Below are positions 32,074 through 41,240 of a stretch of DNA of 64,000 nucleotides, piece after piece. The position numbers and the translations under genes were made by a program. The notes beneath the pieces are model-generated. The model worked only from the letters and a program-made list of their open reading frames with translations. It did not search any database and was not told the DNA's origin. Source of the stretch: Andalucia godoyi And28 (lineage: Eukaryota; Protista; Jakobida); contig VRVR01000005.1 in the NCBI GenBank assembly GCA_009859145.1, positions 426,153 to 490,152 of the forward strand, in the 5' to 3' direction. The stretch's first letter is position 1; each line of letters starts with the position of its first letter.

Positions 32074-33345
32074 ATGAATGAGTTTCGCGATCGCGTTGTT
32101 TCGTTTGTGCGACTCCGGCATTCGGTGTCGGTTGCAAATGACTGTGTAATTTCAATCTGGTTGGAGAAAGCAGCGTTGCTTCGAAACTGCATTCGTACCA
32201 TTCGGTTTGCGGAGGGCGAACTGCGTGTGCAACAATCTCGGTTTGATGCAGCCTTGAATGCAGCCTTTTCAAATTTCGTGTCCGGTGTTGGAGCTGTTGG
32301 GAAGAAGAGCCCGGTGTTGGAGGCGTCGAAGTCGCCGGATGCGCTAGTAAATGCTGGGGCAATGACTCATGGACTGTTGTTGCAAGACCAGAGAGCGATT
32401 CTCGCAAACTGCCGCGCGATGCTCGAGGCTGAAGCGCAGCTGGTTGACCGGGTGTCGTTGTACCACTGCGAACATAAGCAGCAAATCGACAACCGTGTTG
32501 CGAAGAAGCTGTTTGAAGCCGCAAATGACGGAACTCAGTCGATTCGCACGTGGGTTCATTCTCTTATGCACGAGCTTCTGTGCCCGATTGGATTCCATGA
32601 GCTTTCCCTGGATGAATTCGACAACTTTGCCAGAGAATCAACCGTCCGATTGGCTGTGGAAATGGACGACAAAATTCGTCGGCAGTTGCTGCAATTTCTC
32701 GATGCCCATTACTCGTCACCGCCACAGTCGTCACCGGGTAGTGCTGGCGGCAGCAACAGTAGCAGTGGTGGTAGAAACAGTCGCGTGCATGCTCAGAGCT
32801 TTGGCATCTTGTACGAAGACATCCGGCTGCTGTTTGGGGCGTTTGACCAATATCTCTGCTATCCCCATTGTTGCACGCTTGTGCTTGTTTCGAACCGCGT
32901 GGTGTCCAATCTAGATGACTGTGGTTGCTCCTCTTCCTCTTCCTCTTCCTCTTCCTCTTTTTCTTCTTTTTCCAAGGCAGACCTGCATCTTCTCATGGTG
33001 CAGACGCATCGGATAATGAACCAAATGTTTCCGAATGAGTGGGGCCCTGAAGCTCTTGGGCTGGAAATTGGATCAATTGGAAAGGAATCCGAGCGCTCGT
33101 TTCTCTGCCGCATCATCTCCGTTTATCGACGGGAGTTTGATAACATCGCTCGTCGTGCATTCCGTGAAACCCGCGAGCATTTCCTGGATGCAAACGCCAT
33201 TTTGCAGCTTCTCAAACTCAATACTTTGCGAACAGACGAACAAGACCGCATTCGAGACGTCAAGCTCCGGTTCGACGACGTCTTTACCCAAACGGAAGAC
33301 ACCCACTCGGATGCCCTCGAGCGCATCCTCGCTCGCCCCTTCTAG
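32074..33345 (+). CDS. Hypothetical alpha-helical protein
   Basis: Long open frame of about 423 aa between AT-rich spacers. No family recognised. Confidence 0.6.
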   Translation: MNEFRDRVVSFVRLRHSVSVANDCVISIWLEKAALLRNCIRTIRFAEGELRVQQSRFDAALNAAFSNFVSGVGAVGKKSPVLEASKSPDALVNAGAMTHGLLLQDQRAILANCRAMLEAEAQLVDRVSLYHCEHKQQIDNRVAKKLFEAANDGTQSIRTWVHSLMHELLCPIGFHELSLDEFDNFARESTVRLAVEMDDKIRRQLLQFLDAHYSSPPQSSPGSAGGSNSSSGGRNSRVHAQSFGILYEDIRLLFGAFDQYLCYPHCCTLVLVSNRVVSNLDDCGCSSSSSSSSSSFSSFSKADLHLLMVQTHRIMNQMFPNEWGPEALGLEIGSIGKESERSFLCRIISVYRREFDNIARRAFRETREHFLDANAILQLLKLNTLRTDEQDRIRDVKLRFDDVFTQTEDTHSDALERILARPF

Positions 33346-33519
33346 CCGGGCTTCATGTTTCTTGCGTGTGTGCGCCGGCTGTAGTCTCAACTTAGCGAAC
33401 TGCTGAATAAACACAGGCAAAACATGCAGCTTTCCATAGTATTTTTTGATCCAGGAGTTGGTTCTGTTAGAGATTTCTTCTCGTTCTGAAAGGCAGTCTT
33501 CTTGGTTTGTGCGAATAGG

Positions 33520-34176
33520 ATGTTTTCGAGTTTGCTGCGCTCTGGAGCTGGACTAGCAGCCAGCACTTGTGGGAGCGGGAGATTGCTATTTTCACGGGGG
33601 ATGAAAGTGGATGCGATCAATTTGCGAGTTGGCTATGTGATTCAGCTGAATGGGAAGATGTATTCGGTGGTAAAGAAGCAGTTTAATAGGACTGCACAGC
33701 GTGCTGCAAACATCCAGCTTGAGCTGCGAGATCTGAAGAGCGGGCTGAAGACGACGGACCGACTTCGGACGTCGGACACAGTAGAGCGTGTGATGATGGA
33801 CCAGCGGAGAATGTCGTACTTGTACACAAGCGACTCCCATATTGTGCTTATGGATCCAAAGACGTACGACCAGATCGAGGTGCAGCTTGATATTCTGGAC
33901 GAGGCGAGCCGCAAGCTGCTGACGGAAGGCATGGAGCTCACGCTGGAGTCCACGGAAGGCAGCCCTACAAGCATCCTGCTGCCGGAACAGCTCGTCGTCA
34001 CGGTCCAGTCCACAGATTTGCACATGAAGGGCCAGACACAGACACCGACGTACAAACCGGCAGTCATTGAAAACGGACTCAGGATCATGGTTCCGCCGTT
34101 CATTGAAGAGGGCGAGCGCATCATTATCAAGTCCGAAGACTTGGAGTACGTTGGGCGCGAAAAGGTCGACAAGTGA
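33520..34176 (+). CDS. efp: Elongation factor P with a predicted mitochondrial presequence
   Basis: Arg/Ser/Leu-rich, acid-free N-terminus, then MKVDAINLRVGYVIQLNG, NIQLELRDLKSG, YLY..D...LMDPKTYDQI, KGQTQTPTYKPAVIENGLRIMVPPFIEEGERIII and EYVGR. This is the three-domain EF-P pattern, not eIF5A. Confidence 0.9.
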   Translation: MFSSLLRSGAGLAASTCGSGRLLFSRGMKVDAINLRVGYVIQLNGKMYSVVKKQFNRTAQRAANIQLELRDLKSGLKTTDRLRTSDTVERVMMDQRRMSYLYTSDSHIVLMDPKTYDQIEVQLDILDEASRKLLTEGMELTLESTEGSPTSILLPEQLVVTVQSTDLHMKGQTQTPTYKPAVIENGLRIMVPPFIEEGERIIIKSEDLEYVGREKVDK

Positions 34177-34347
34177 GACACTCGCTCAAGCATCTTTCAA
34201 AAACCATTTTAGACCACTTATACATGGAACTCTGTTCTTTGGATTCTGTCCACGAACAGTACAACTATTATAAAATTAATTAATTTAAAATAATAAAATA
34301 AAGAATAACAATACCCACAAAAAGAAGAAGAAGAAGGGGTTATCTTC

Positions 34348-35310
34348 TCAGTCTTCGGAGTACACAGTGGAGGGAGCAACAAGTGCTGCCAACGTCATTC
34401 GAAGCATAGAAATATCGAAGAACCGACGTTGCGCTTCGAACAAACTGCACAGTCTCTTCGCGCAAAGACCGCAGTGCGCGCTGCGGAGTCGGTGGAGAAG
34501 AATGCGCTGTTTGCACAGATTGCCGATTCGATCCAGCTGAGAAGGGTTCGGATCGATGATGAACCGGCGGACTTGCGAAAGACGGCGCTCTGCAACGAGA
34601 GAGTGGAGTCGCCGCGATACAAAGGGTACCATGGTGGACTGGAAAAACAGCCCAAACCAATGCTGATGGATCTGGAATCGCAGCTGCGCCGTATCCTGTT
34701 CATCGTGACGATCTCGAATGTTGAATGTGCGAAATGACAGACAGGACAGCGGCAGGTACACGCGCGGCGATACCGTTTGGGGTAGACTGGCTGCGGCAGA
34801 ACGCGTGGCGTTCATGCTCCAGAGCAGCTCTTCCGCACACAAGGAGAGCAAAGCTAAATCCATAAACAGCGAAAACGCGTCTCCAGCATTGCGCGAAGAG
34901 TTCGATCGACGATACAGTGCAGACTGTGGGTCGTGGATGTCCGCAAATGACTCGCGCAGACGGACAGTCTGCGCTTCCACAATGTGCAGAAATGGCTTAA
35001 TAGGCAAATGCGCAACGACTCGCTTCAGGTACTCTTGCACCGGCACGCATTGCTGCACAAACAACGTGTCCAAAAGGTGCTTTACATGAAGCAGCAGCAA
35101 ATCGATGTACAATGCGTGCTTCGTGCAGAACCATGCACGGAGCTCGTACACTTTGGAAAGATGGTCGCAAATGTGTCGTTCTCGATGGACATTTGCTCTT
35201 TGCGATGCGAGCGCGGCGTCTGCAGATCTGCGAGTCAGCCCCAGATCCTCGTGCTCAAACGACACGACATGCAGAATGTGAAGAAACTCGGAAATGCTCG
35301 AAATCAGCAT
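34348..35310 (-). CDS. Hypothetical protein
   Basis: Open frame of about 320 aa from the first in-frame ATG (MLISSISEF). The start is uncertain and no family was recognised. Confidence 0.45.
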   Translation of the reverse strand: MLISSISEFLHILHVVSFEHEDLGLTRRSADAALASQRANVHRERHICDHLSKVYELRAWFCTKHALYIDLLLLHVKHLLDTLFVQQCVPVQEYLKRVVAHLPIKPFLHIVEAQTVRLRESFADIHDPQSALYRRSNSSRNAGDAFSLFMDLALLSLCAEELLWSMNATRSAAASLPQTVSPRVYLPLSCLSFRTFNIRDRHDEQDTAQLRFQIHQHWFGLFFQSTMVPFVSRRLHSLVAERRLSQVRRFIIDPNPSQLDRIGNLCKQRILLHRLRSAHCGLCAKRLCSLFEAQRRFFDISMLRMTLAALVAPSTVYSED

Positions 35311-35521
35311 TCTCCAAAGGTTTGCGTGCACATCTCGTAAAACAAGAGTACAACAAAGAAACCCAAAAACCCGTATGAGCAATCATCCCACCAAAGTTAC
35401 ATCTGTGCATATAAAAATGATGATAATAATAATAACAATAATTTTGAATTTGCAGTTTATGACCGTAAACATGTGCAGTGACAAATCGAAACAAGTCGCC
35501 AGCACGTCCCAACAAGCTAGC

Positions 35522-36016
<495 letters not shown>

Positions 36017-36350
36017 TCAGCGAGATCTGCACAGCAGCCGGAAACTATCAACAATTGCCACACCCACTTGAACAATGCCACAATTATCCAACTTGGAAAC
36101 GACGATTGTTGAAAAAAACAAATCCCGAGTGCTGACAGTCCAAAACGAAGAAACACAAAGGCGCAATTCGGGCGTCGAGATCGACAAGTTTGAACCCAGA
36201 AGCGTTGAAGTAGAGGGAGAGTACGTACCTAGAAAATGTGATCAATCAAACAGGAGACAAGAAAAAAGAAACAGAAAACAGGAAGGCGATGGAAAACAAG
36301 AAGAAAGCATTGGAGGTCGTCCCAGTGGGAGAAAATGCAATCAAGGAAAG

Positions 36351-36368
36351 AAACCCTAGCTAGGGTTT
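36351..36368. promoter_or_regulatory. Perfect 18-bp palindrome AAACCCTAGCTAGGGTTT (two inverted telo-box-like AAACCCTA motifs)
   Basis: Read directly in the divergent spacer between UBA52 and the MORN gene. A regulatory role is inferred. Confidence 0.45.
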
Positions 36369-36810
36369 TTTCCTGTGAAAAAACCAAGTGACTCCCAGCG
36401 CCTTTCTCCAAAAAAACTTGAAATGGCTTCCTGGCGCACTCACAGGACAGCCCAATTACCCTAACAAATGCACGTCGTTTTGCATCACTCCAGCGTGTCT
36501 CGAAGCATCAAGCTGCGTCTTCTCAAAGGTCAGGATTTCAGCACTTTTTTTTTTGTTGCTACAGCAGCGGACCTCTTTGTCTTTTGTTACGCAAAGCAGT
36601 CAACCGTCGCCGGACAACCCTTCTGATCGTTTCTGCCAGCAATTTTTTTTTTAATATTATATATATGTGTATATATATATATATATATATAATTTTTGAA
36701 AACGTTTTGCTTTCATTTTCTTTTTTCTCTTGAAATAGAAGAATAAGAATAAGATCTAAACACACGAAAAAGAGAAGAAGAAGAAGAAGAAGAAGAAGAG
36801 GGGAGAAAAA

Positions 36811-37878
36811 ATGGCAAACGCTGCTTCTGTTTTTATTGGGCTTTTCGATTCTGAAGATGTGGTCCTGTATGGAAAGCTGCTTGACTGGGCGAACCAGAAT
36901 GAAAAGACGATTCCTCTGAGCAAAGAAGATGTGGATGCTGCTGTTGCTGCCCTTGCTGCGCCTTCTGAGCCGACGGAAGAAGGGCAGGAGCCGACGCCTG
37001 GTCTTTCTGAAGAAGTGCAGAACCGTATGAAGAAGATTGGGAAGATGGGACTGTATGTCGGAGACCGGAACGACGTGTTTGAGAAGCACGGATCGGGAAG
37101 GACATTGTATCCAAATGGAGACTATTTCGAAGGCACGTATCGGGAGGGAAAGCGCCACGGATTTTCCGGCAAGTACATTTATGCATTTGAACACAAGTTG
37201 GCAGAAGGGGAGACGGAGGCTGATGCCGATGCCGAAGCCGATGCCGAAGCCGAAGCCGAAGGCGGAGAGACGCGTGCTGCGTCCAAAAAGCCACTGTCAA
37301 AGAAGCTGGCCAAGGTCCGGGGCCTTCCCAAGGATGCACTTGCTGTGAATCGCAAGATCTTCGAGATCTCTGCGTACACGAATGACGACCAGATTGCGAT
37401 CATGCTGCCGGAGGTGACTGCTGCACGTGTTGCTGCGATCCGGGAACTGCAGACGATCTACCCAAGTTATCTTGGGTGCTTCCTGGCTGACAAGCGGAGC
37501 GGTCATGGGAAAATGCTCTACCAGGACGGATCCGTGTACTCTGGTCCTTGGGACAATGATCTGCCGCATGGCGACCAGGGCATGTTCACTTTTGCAAATG
37601 GAGATGTGTATGTCGGCAGCTTTGCTCGGGGTCTCAAACACGGAAATGGAACTTACCGTTTCCGAGACGGGGCGTCGCACGTGCAGGGCACTTGGGAAAA
37701 CGGATACTTGCGGACGGGGGACTGGGTCTTGTGTGATGGGACGGTTGTCAGCGCTGCGGCGTTCGATCCCAAGACGAACCAGCCTATTGGAAAGGTCACG
37801 ATCAAGTACAGCAACGGTGCAACCGCCTACGGAACATACACTACGCCGCTCACATTTGTTCCCGATGTTGTGTGCTAA
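36811..37878 (+). CDS. MORN-repeat protein, RSPH1 (radial spoke head 1)-like
   Basis: YVGDRNDVFEKHGSGRTLYPNGDYFEGTYREGKRHG, YQDGSVYSGPWDNDLPHG and FANGDVYVGSFARGLKHGNGTYRF follow the RSPH1 repeat order. Confidence 0.8.
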   Translation: MANAASVFIGLFDSEDVVLYGKLLDWANQNEKTIPLSKEDVDAAVAALAAPSEPTEEGQEPTPGLSEEVQNRMKKIGKMGLYVGDRNDVFEKHGSGRTLYPNGDYFEGTYREGKRHGFSGKYIYAFEHKLAEGETEADADAEADAEAEAEGGETRAASKKPLSKKLAKVRGLPKDALAVNRKIFEISAYTNDDQIAIMLPEVTAARVAAIRELQTIYPSYLGCFLADKRSGHGKMLYQDGSVYSGPWDNDLPHGDQGMFTFANGDVYVGSFARGLKHGNGTYRFRDGASHVQGTWENGYLRTGDWVLCDGTVVSAAAFDPKTNQPIGKVTIKYSNGATAYGTYTTPLTFVPDVVC

Positions 37879-38264
37879 GTCGCCAGTTGCATCTGCTAAG
37901 AACAACAAAAACAAGAACAAGACTGTGTCGATGATGACTTGTATATAAAAATAAGATCAAAAACAAAACAAGCGAAAGCGATGGCTGTCGCCGAGTGGCA
38001 GCAGCAGTCACACGGAACTTTTTGTTTTTTGACGTCCACACTTCAGTGCACGAGGAAAAACCCGGGAGGAAACAAGCATGCGTGGAGAAGAGTAAGTTTC
38101 TTTTTTTAATTATAAAAAAAAAATACACACGATTGGTTGACAGCCGACGAAACAAATGTTCAAAAGCTTGGACAAAAAATACAATGTAAAAAATAGAAAA
38201 AGAGGAAACACCAAAAAGGCCCTGATTCTAGATACACAAGGACACTACTCGACAGATTGCGTGT

Positions 38265-38738
38265 TTAGTAGCCCCCCAAGCTGAAAGAGCTCTTTCCGCC
38301 TGGCGGGTTCGAGACACGCACGGCACGGCAGTTGCGAACCTGGTTGCCCTCAGTGCAGTACAGCGCAGTGTACTCCGGAGCAGCCTTTTGCTGCGGCGCT
38401 TGGTTCTGTTGTCCCGTAATGGGGTTGAACGACTGCTGTTGCTGCTGGGATTGAGATTGGGAATATCCGTAGTTCTTCAGTGGCTGCTCCTGCTGAACCT
38501 GCTGCATCCGCTGAGGAGGTACCGAGACTTCGGCATTCTTCTTTGGCGACACACCCTTTCGCACAGGCTGTTGCTGCTGTTGCTCGGGCTCGTATCCTCC
38601 AAAGATGTTGAAGGTCGAGCGGCCACCAGGCGGGTTGGCGACTCGCACGGCACGGCAGTTGCGGACTTGGTTGCCTTCACTGCAGTAAAGCGCAGACTGT
38701 TGGGCGGGGGCGTTCTCGTTGTGGTGGAGGAAAGACAT
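38265..38738 (-). CDS. Small protein with duplicated RVxNPPGGxS motif (HN1/Jupiter/SPIRAL1-like, possibly microtubule-associated)
   Basis: ATG 38738. Two copies of ALYCxEGNQVRNCRAVRVxNPPGG[RK]S[TS]F separated by a Gln-rich linker. Confidence 0.65.
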   Translation of the reverse strand: MSFLHHNENAPAQQSALYCSEGNQVRNCRAVRVANPPGGRSTFNIFGGYEPEQQQQQPVRKGVSPKKNAEVSVPPQRMQQVQQEQPLKNYGYSQSQSQQQQQSFNPITGQQNQAPQQKAAPEYTALYCTEGNQVRNCRAVRVSNPPGGKSSFSLGGY

Positions 38739-39172
38739 TTCTTGCAGATTCGGCTTTGGTCGTAGACGTGTGTGAAAAGTATGGAAATCTTTTGTTGAGG
38801 GGATAAAAAAAGGAGAAGGGGGAAAAAAGAAAAAGAAAACGAGAAAGAAAAAGAAGACGAAGAAGAGGAAAAAGACCGCATATGTAGCATTGATCAAAAG
38901 AAAAAAGCCACGGATCCGGATTGGACGGATTGGAAGGGTTTGAATTGATGAGGACAAATCCGTTAAGAACTCCAAAGTCTGGGGTGTGGGACCACACTAC
39001 GGTAGGCGATCAGGAAAAATCCTGAATGGAATGAAATATGCTCAGTCACCCACACACTAGCACTCATAAACGGGGAATGGGAGGGGAGGGGGAAATTCAC
39101 AACTTCTATGTCGGTTTACTCGGGAAACAACCCAAAAACAAATATGGCAACAACAACAGCAGCAACACAACA

Positions 39173-39208
39173 ACAAGAATGACAAGAATGACAAGAATGA
39201 CAAGAATG
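39173..39208 (+). repeat. Tandem repeat (ACAAGAATG)x4
   Basis: Direct reading. Confidence 0.9.
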
Positions 39209-39303
39209 ACAACACAAGGAACAAGCAACAACTACAACAAACAAACAAACAAACAGCAAGAGGGCTACTCTACGTATCACCAATCAACATTCGTTACAAA
39301 TGT

Positions 39304-40677
39304 CTATTTCTGCTTTCTCTCGTACGACCGTCTCCACATGTCGTCGATGCTGGTCAGGTAGTACGTGCCGGGAAAGAGTGTATCGGTGGGCCCCGAAGGC
39401 GCCGTGTTTGGTTTCCCATACTTCAGTTCCTTGCTCTTCAAGATGCCATTGTACTCGACAGGATCGACCTTGTGTCTTGCGGCCAGTCTGCTGGCGATAT
39501 CGAGCCGGATCCTCATGTCGGTGACCTTTCCAACTGCATCTTCCGAGTCTCGGAATCGAACGGAAAACATGGAAGAACACAGACCGGATCCATACGAAAA
39601 GAGCACAACTCGCTTTCCTCGCAAATCAGCCGGATCGACATTCGTGATGAGCGATACAAGGGCCGAGTAGAGCGATGCGGTGTAGGTGTTTCCAAGCTGC
39701 TGCGACAAGAGCACGGATGGCTGGACGATGCGCTTGTAGTACGGAACAGCCTTCTTTGAAAAATACTGTTCAATATCCCGGTGCGTGTACGACTCTTCCT
39801 CGGGGACGTTTCGAAGGTCCTCGGGCATGTCGTCCCACTGCTTGTCGTGCGGGGATCGCAAAAAGTCGTTGTACAGCAGACGTCCGACTGACTTTTGCAC
39901 CTGTTTGTTGAACGGCGAGTGGAAGCATGCATAGGCGAACTTCTCGAGAGAGGTCGCAGTGTCGTCCCCGGACTTTGCACACTTTTCTCGGAATCCACGG
40001 TAGCAGTGGTCGAGTGCGCGCAAGTAACATCCCAGCGACATTTTCCCATCCACCGTCGGATACTCGGACGACAAGTTTGGCTTGTAGAAATCGTACGTGT
40101 GTTCCATATGCGAAAAGCGGTTTGCGGACTCCAGAACAACGGGAGCATCTGGCCCAATGAGCATTGCAACGGCGCCACAACCACCTGTGGGCCGTGCATT
40201 GCCTTCTGCATACACGGCGATATCTCCGGCAACGCACAGAGCAAATCGTCCGTCCCAGGCAGAGGACTCAACCCATGCGACCGAGTTGAAGAGGGATGCA
40301 GTCCCGCCATAGCAGGCATTGGTGCAATCCACGCCTTCGACATTGGTGTTTCCGACAGCGGCAAAAATGCGCATCAGCTCCGACTTCACCGACTTTGACT
40401 TGTCCACGATCGTTTCTGTGCCCACTTCAATCCGACCAATCGACAGAGGATCAATCGAGTATTTTTCAAGGAGAGAGTGGACTGCAGTCAGACAGATCGA
40501 ATGCACATCTTCGCGATCCGTCACAAACGCCATGTTCAGCTGACCAAGTCCAATCGTGTACTTGCCGCTTGACGCCTGGTCATGCGCCTCCAGCTCGCTC
40601 TGGCTTACATACTGCGAAGGAAAGTAAAACTCAAGCGCGTGAATTCCTACATTCTGCGGACGGAATCCCTGTGTCAT
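39304..40677 (-). CDS. HMGCS1: Hydroxymethylglutaryl-CoA synthase (eukaryotic type)
   Basis: NVGIHALEFYFP, GKYTIGLGQ, EVGTETIVDKSKS, NACYGGT (catalytic Cys), FHSPFNKQVQKS and LFSYGSGL. Confidence 0.97.
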   Translation of the reverse strand: MTQGFRPQNVGIHALEFYFPSQYVSQSELEAHDQASSGKYTIGLGQLNMAFVTDREDVHSICLTAVHSLLEKYSIDPLSIGRIEVGTETIVDKSKSVKSELMRIFAAVGNTNVEGVDCTNACYGGTASLFNSVAWVESSAWDGRFALCVAGDIAVYAEGNARPTGGCGAVAMLIGPDAPVVLESANRFSHMEHTYDFYKPNLSSEYPTVDGKMSLGCYLRALDHCYRGFREKCAKSGDDTATSLEKFAYACFHSPFNKQVQKSVGRLLYNDFLRSPHDKQWDDMPEDLRNVPEEESYTHRDIEQYFSKKAVPYYKRIVQPSVLLSQQLGNTYTASLYSALVSLITNVDPADLRGKRVVLFSYGSGLCSSMFSVRFRDSEDAVGKVTDMRIRLDIASRLAARHKVDPVEYNGILKSKELKYGKPNTAPSGPTDTLFPGTYYLTSIDDMWRRSYERKQK

Positions 40678-40842
40678 TTTCTCTTTCTTATTCTTATTCT
40701 TCTTTTTCTTTTTCTTTTTCTTTTTCTTTTTCTTTCTCTTGCAGGTTTTTGTTTAGTCTCTATCACTCCTTACCCTTGGTTGTCGTTTTTTTTGAAAAGA
40801 AGTACTGGAATGGCCGTAGAAGAGAGAGACAGAGAAAGTGAC

Positions 40843-40848
<6 letters not shown>

Positions 40849-40877
<29 letters not shown>
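40849..40877 (+). repeat. (AG)n microsatellite upstream of HMG-CoA synthase
   Basis: Direct reading. Confidence 0.9.
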
Positions 40878-40880
<3 letters not shown>

Positions 40881-41240
40881 GAAAGTGAACAGAACAAAAA
40901 ATTATGTATGCGTGTCTGTCTGTGTGTGTGTGTGTGTGTGTGTTTTGTTCTGTTGAGTTTTCAGGCGAACGAGCATCTTTTGTGTTTCTGATTTTCCCCG
41001 CTGCCATCGCTTTCTTGCGTTGTCCAAAGGGCGTTAGTATCCAGCATCAACCTGTTTTTTTCGCCCTTTTTGCAGTTTCTCAATTCGCATTGCTCTTTAA
41101 TTAGGAGAGATATCGTTTCTCCCGAATGTTGTTGGTTCCTGGACCTCTGTATGCAACAGTGTGGGGGGGAAAAACGCGACGACGACAGCGAAAACGCAAA
41201 ACAAAAATAAAGCAGAACAAAATCCAGAAGAAGAGGAAGA

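Noticed and set aside
36455-36470. ACCCTAAC as a telomerase RNA template
   Set aside because: Only 8 nt, shorter than a typical 1.5-repeat template, with no supporting structure. Expected by chance.
39173-39208. CRISPR-like array
   Set aside because: It is a head-to-tail 9-mer tandem repeat without spacers. No repeat-spacer array was found anywhere in the window.
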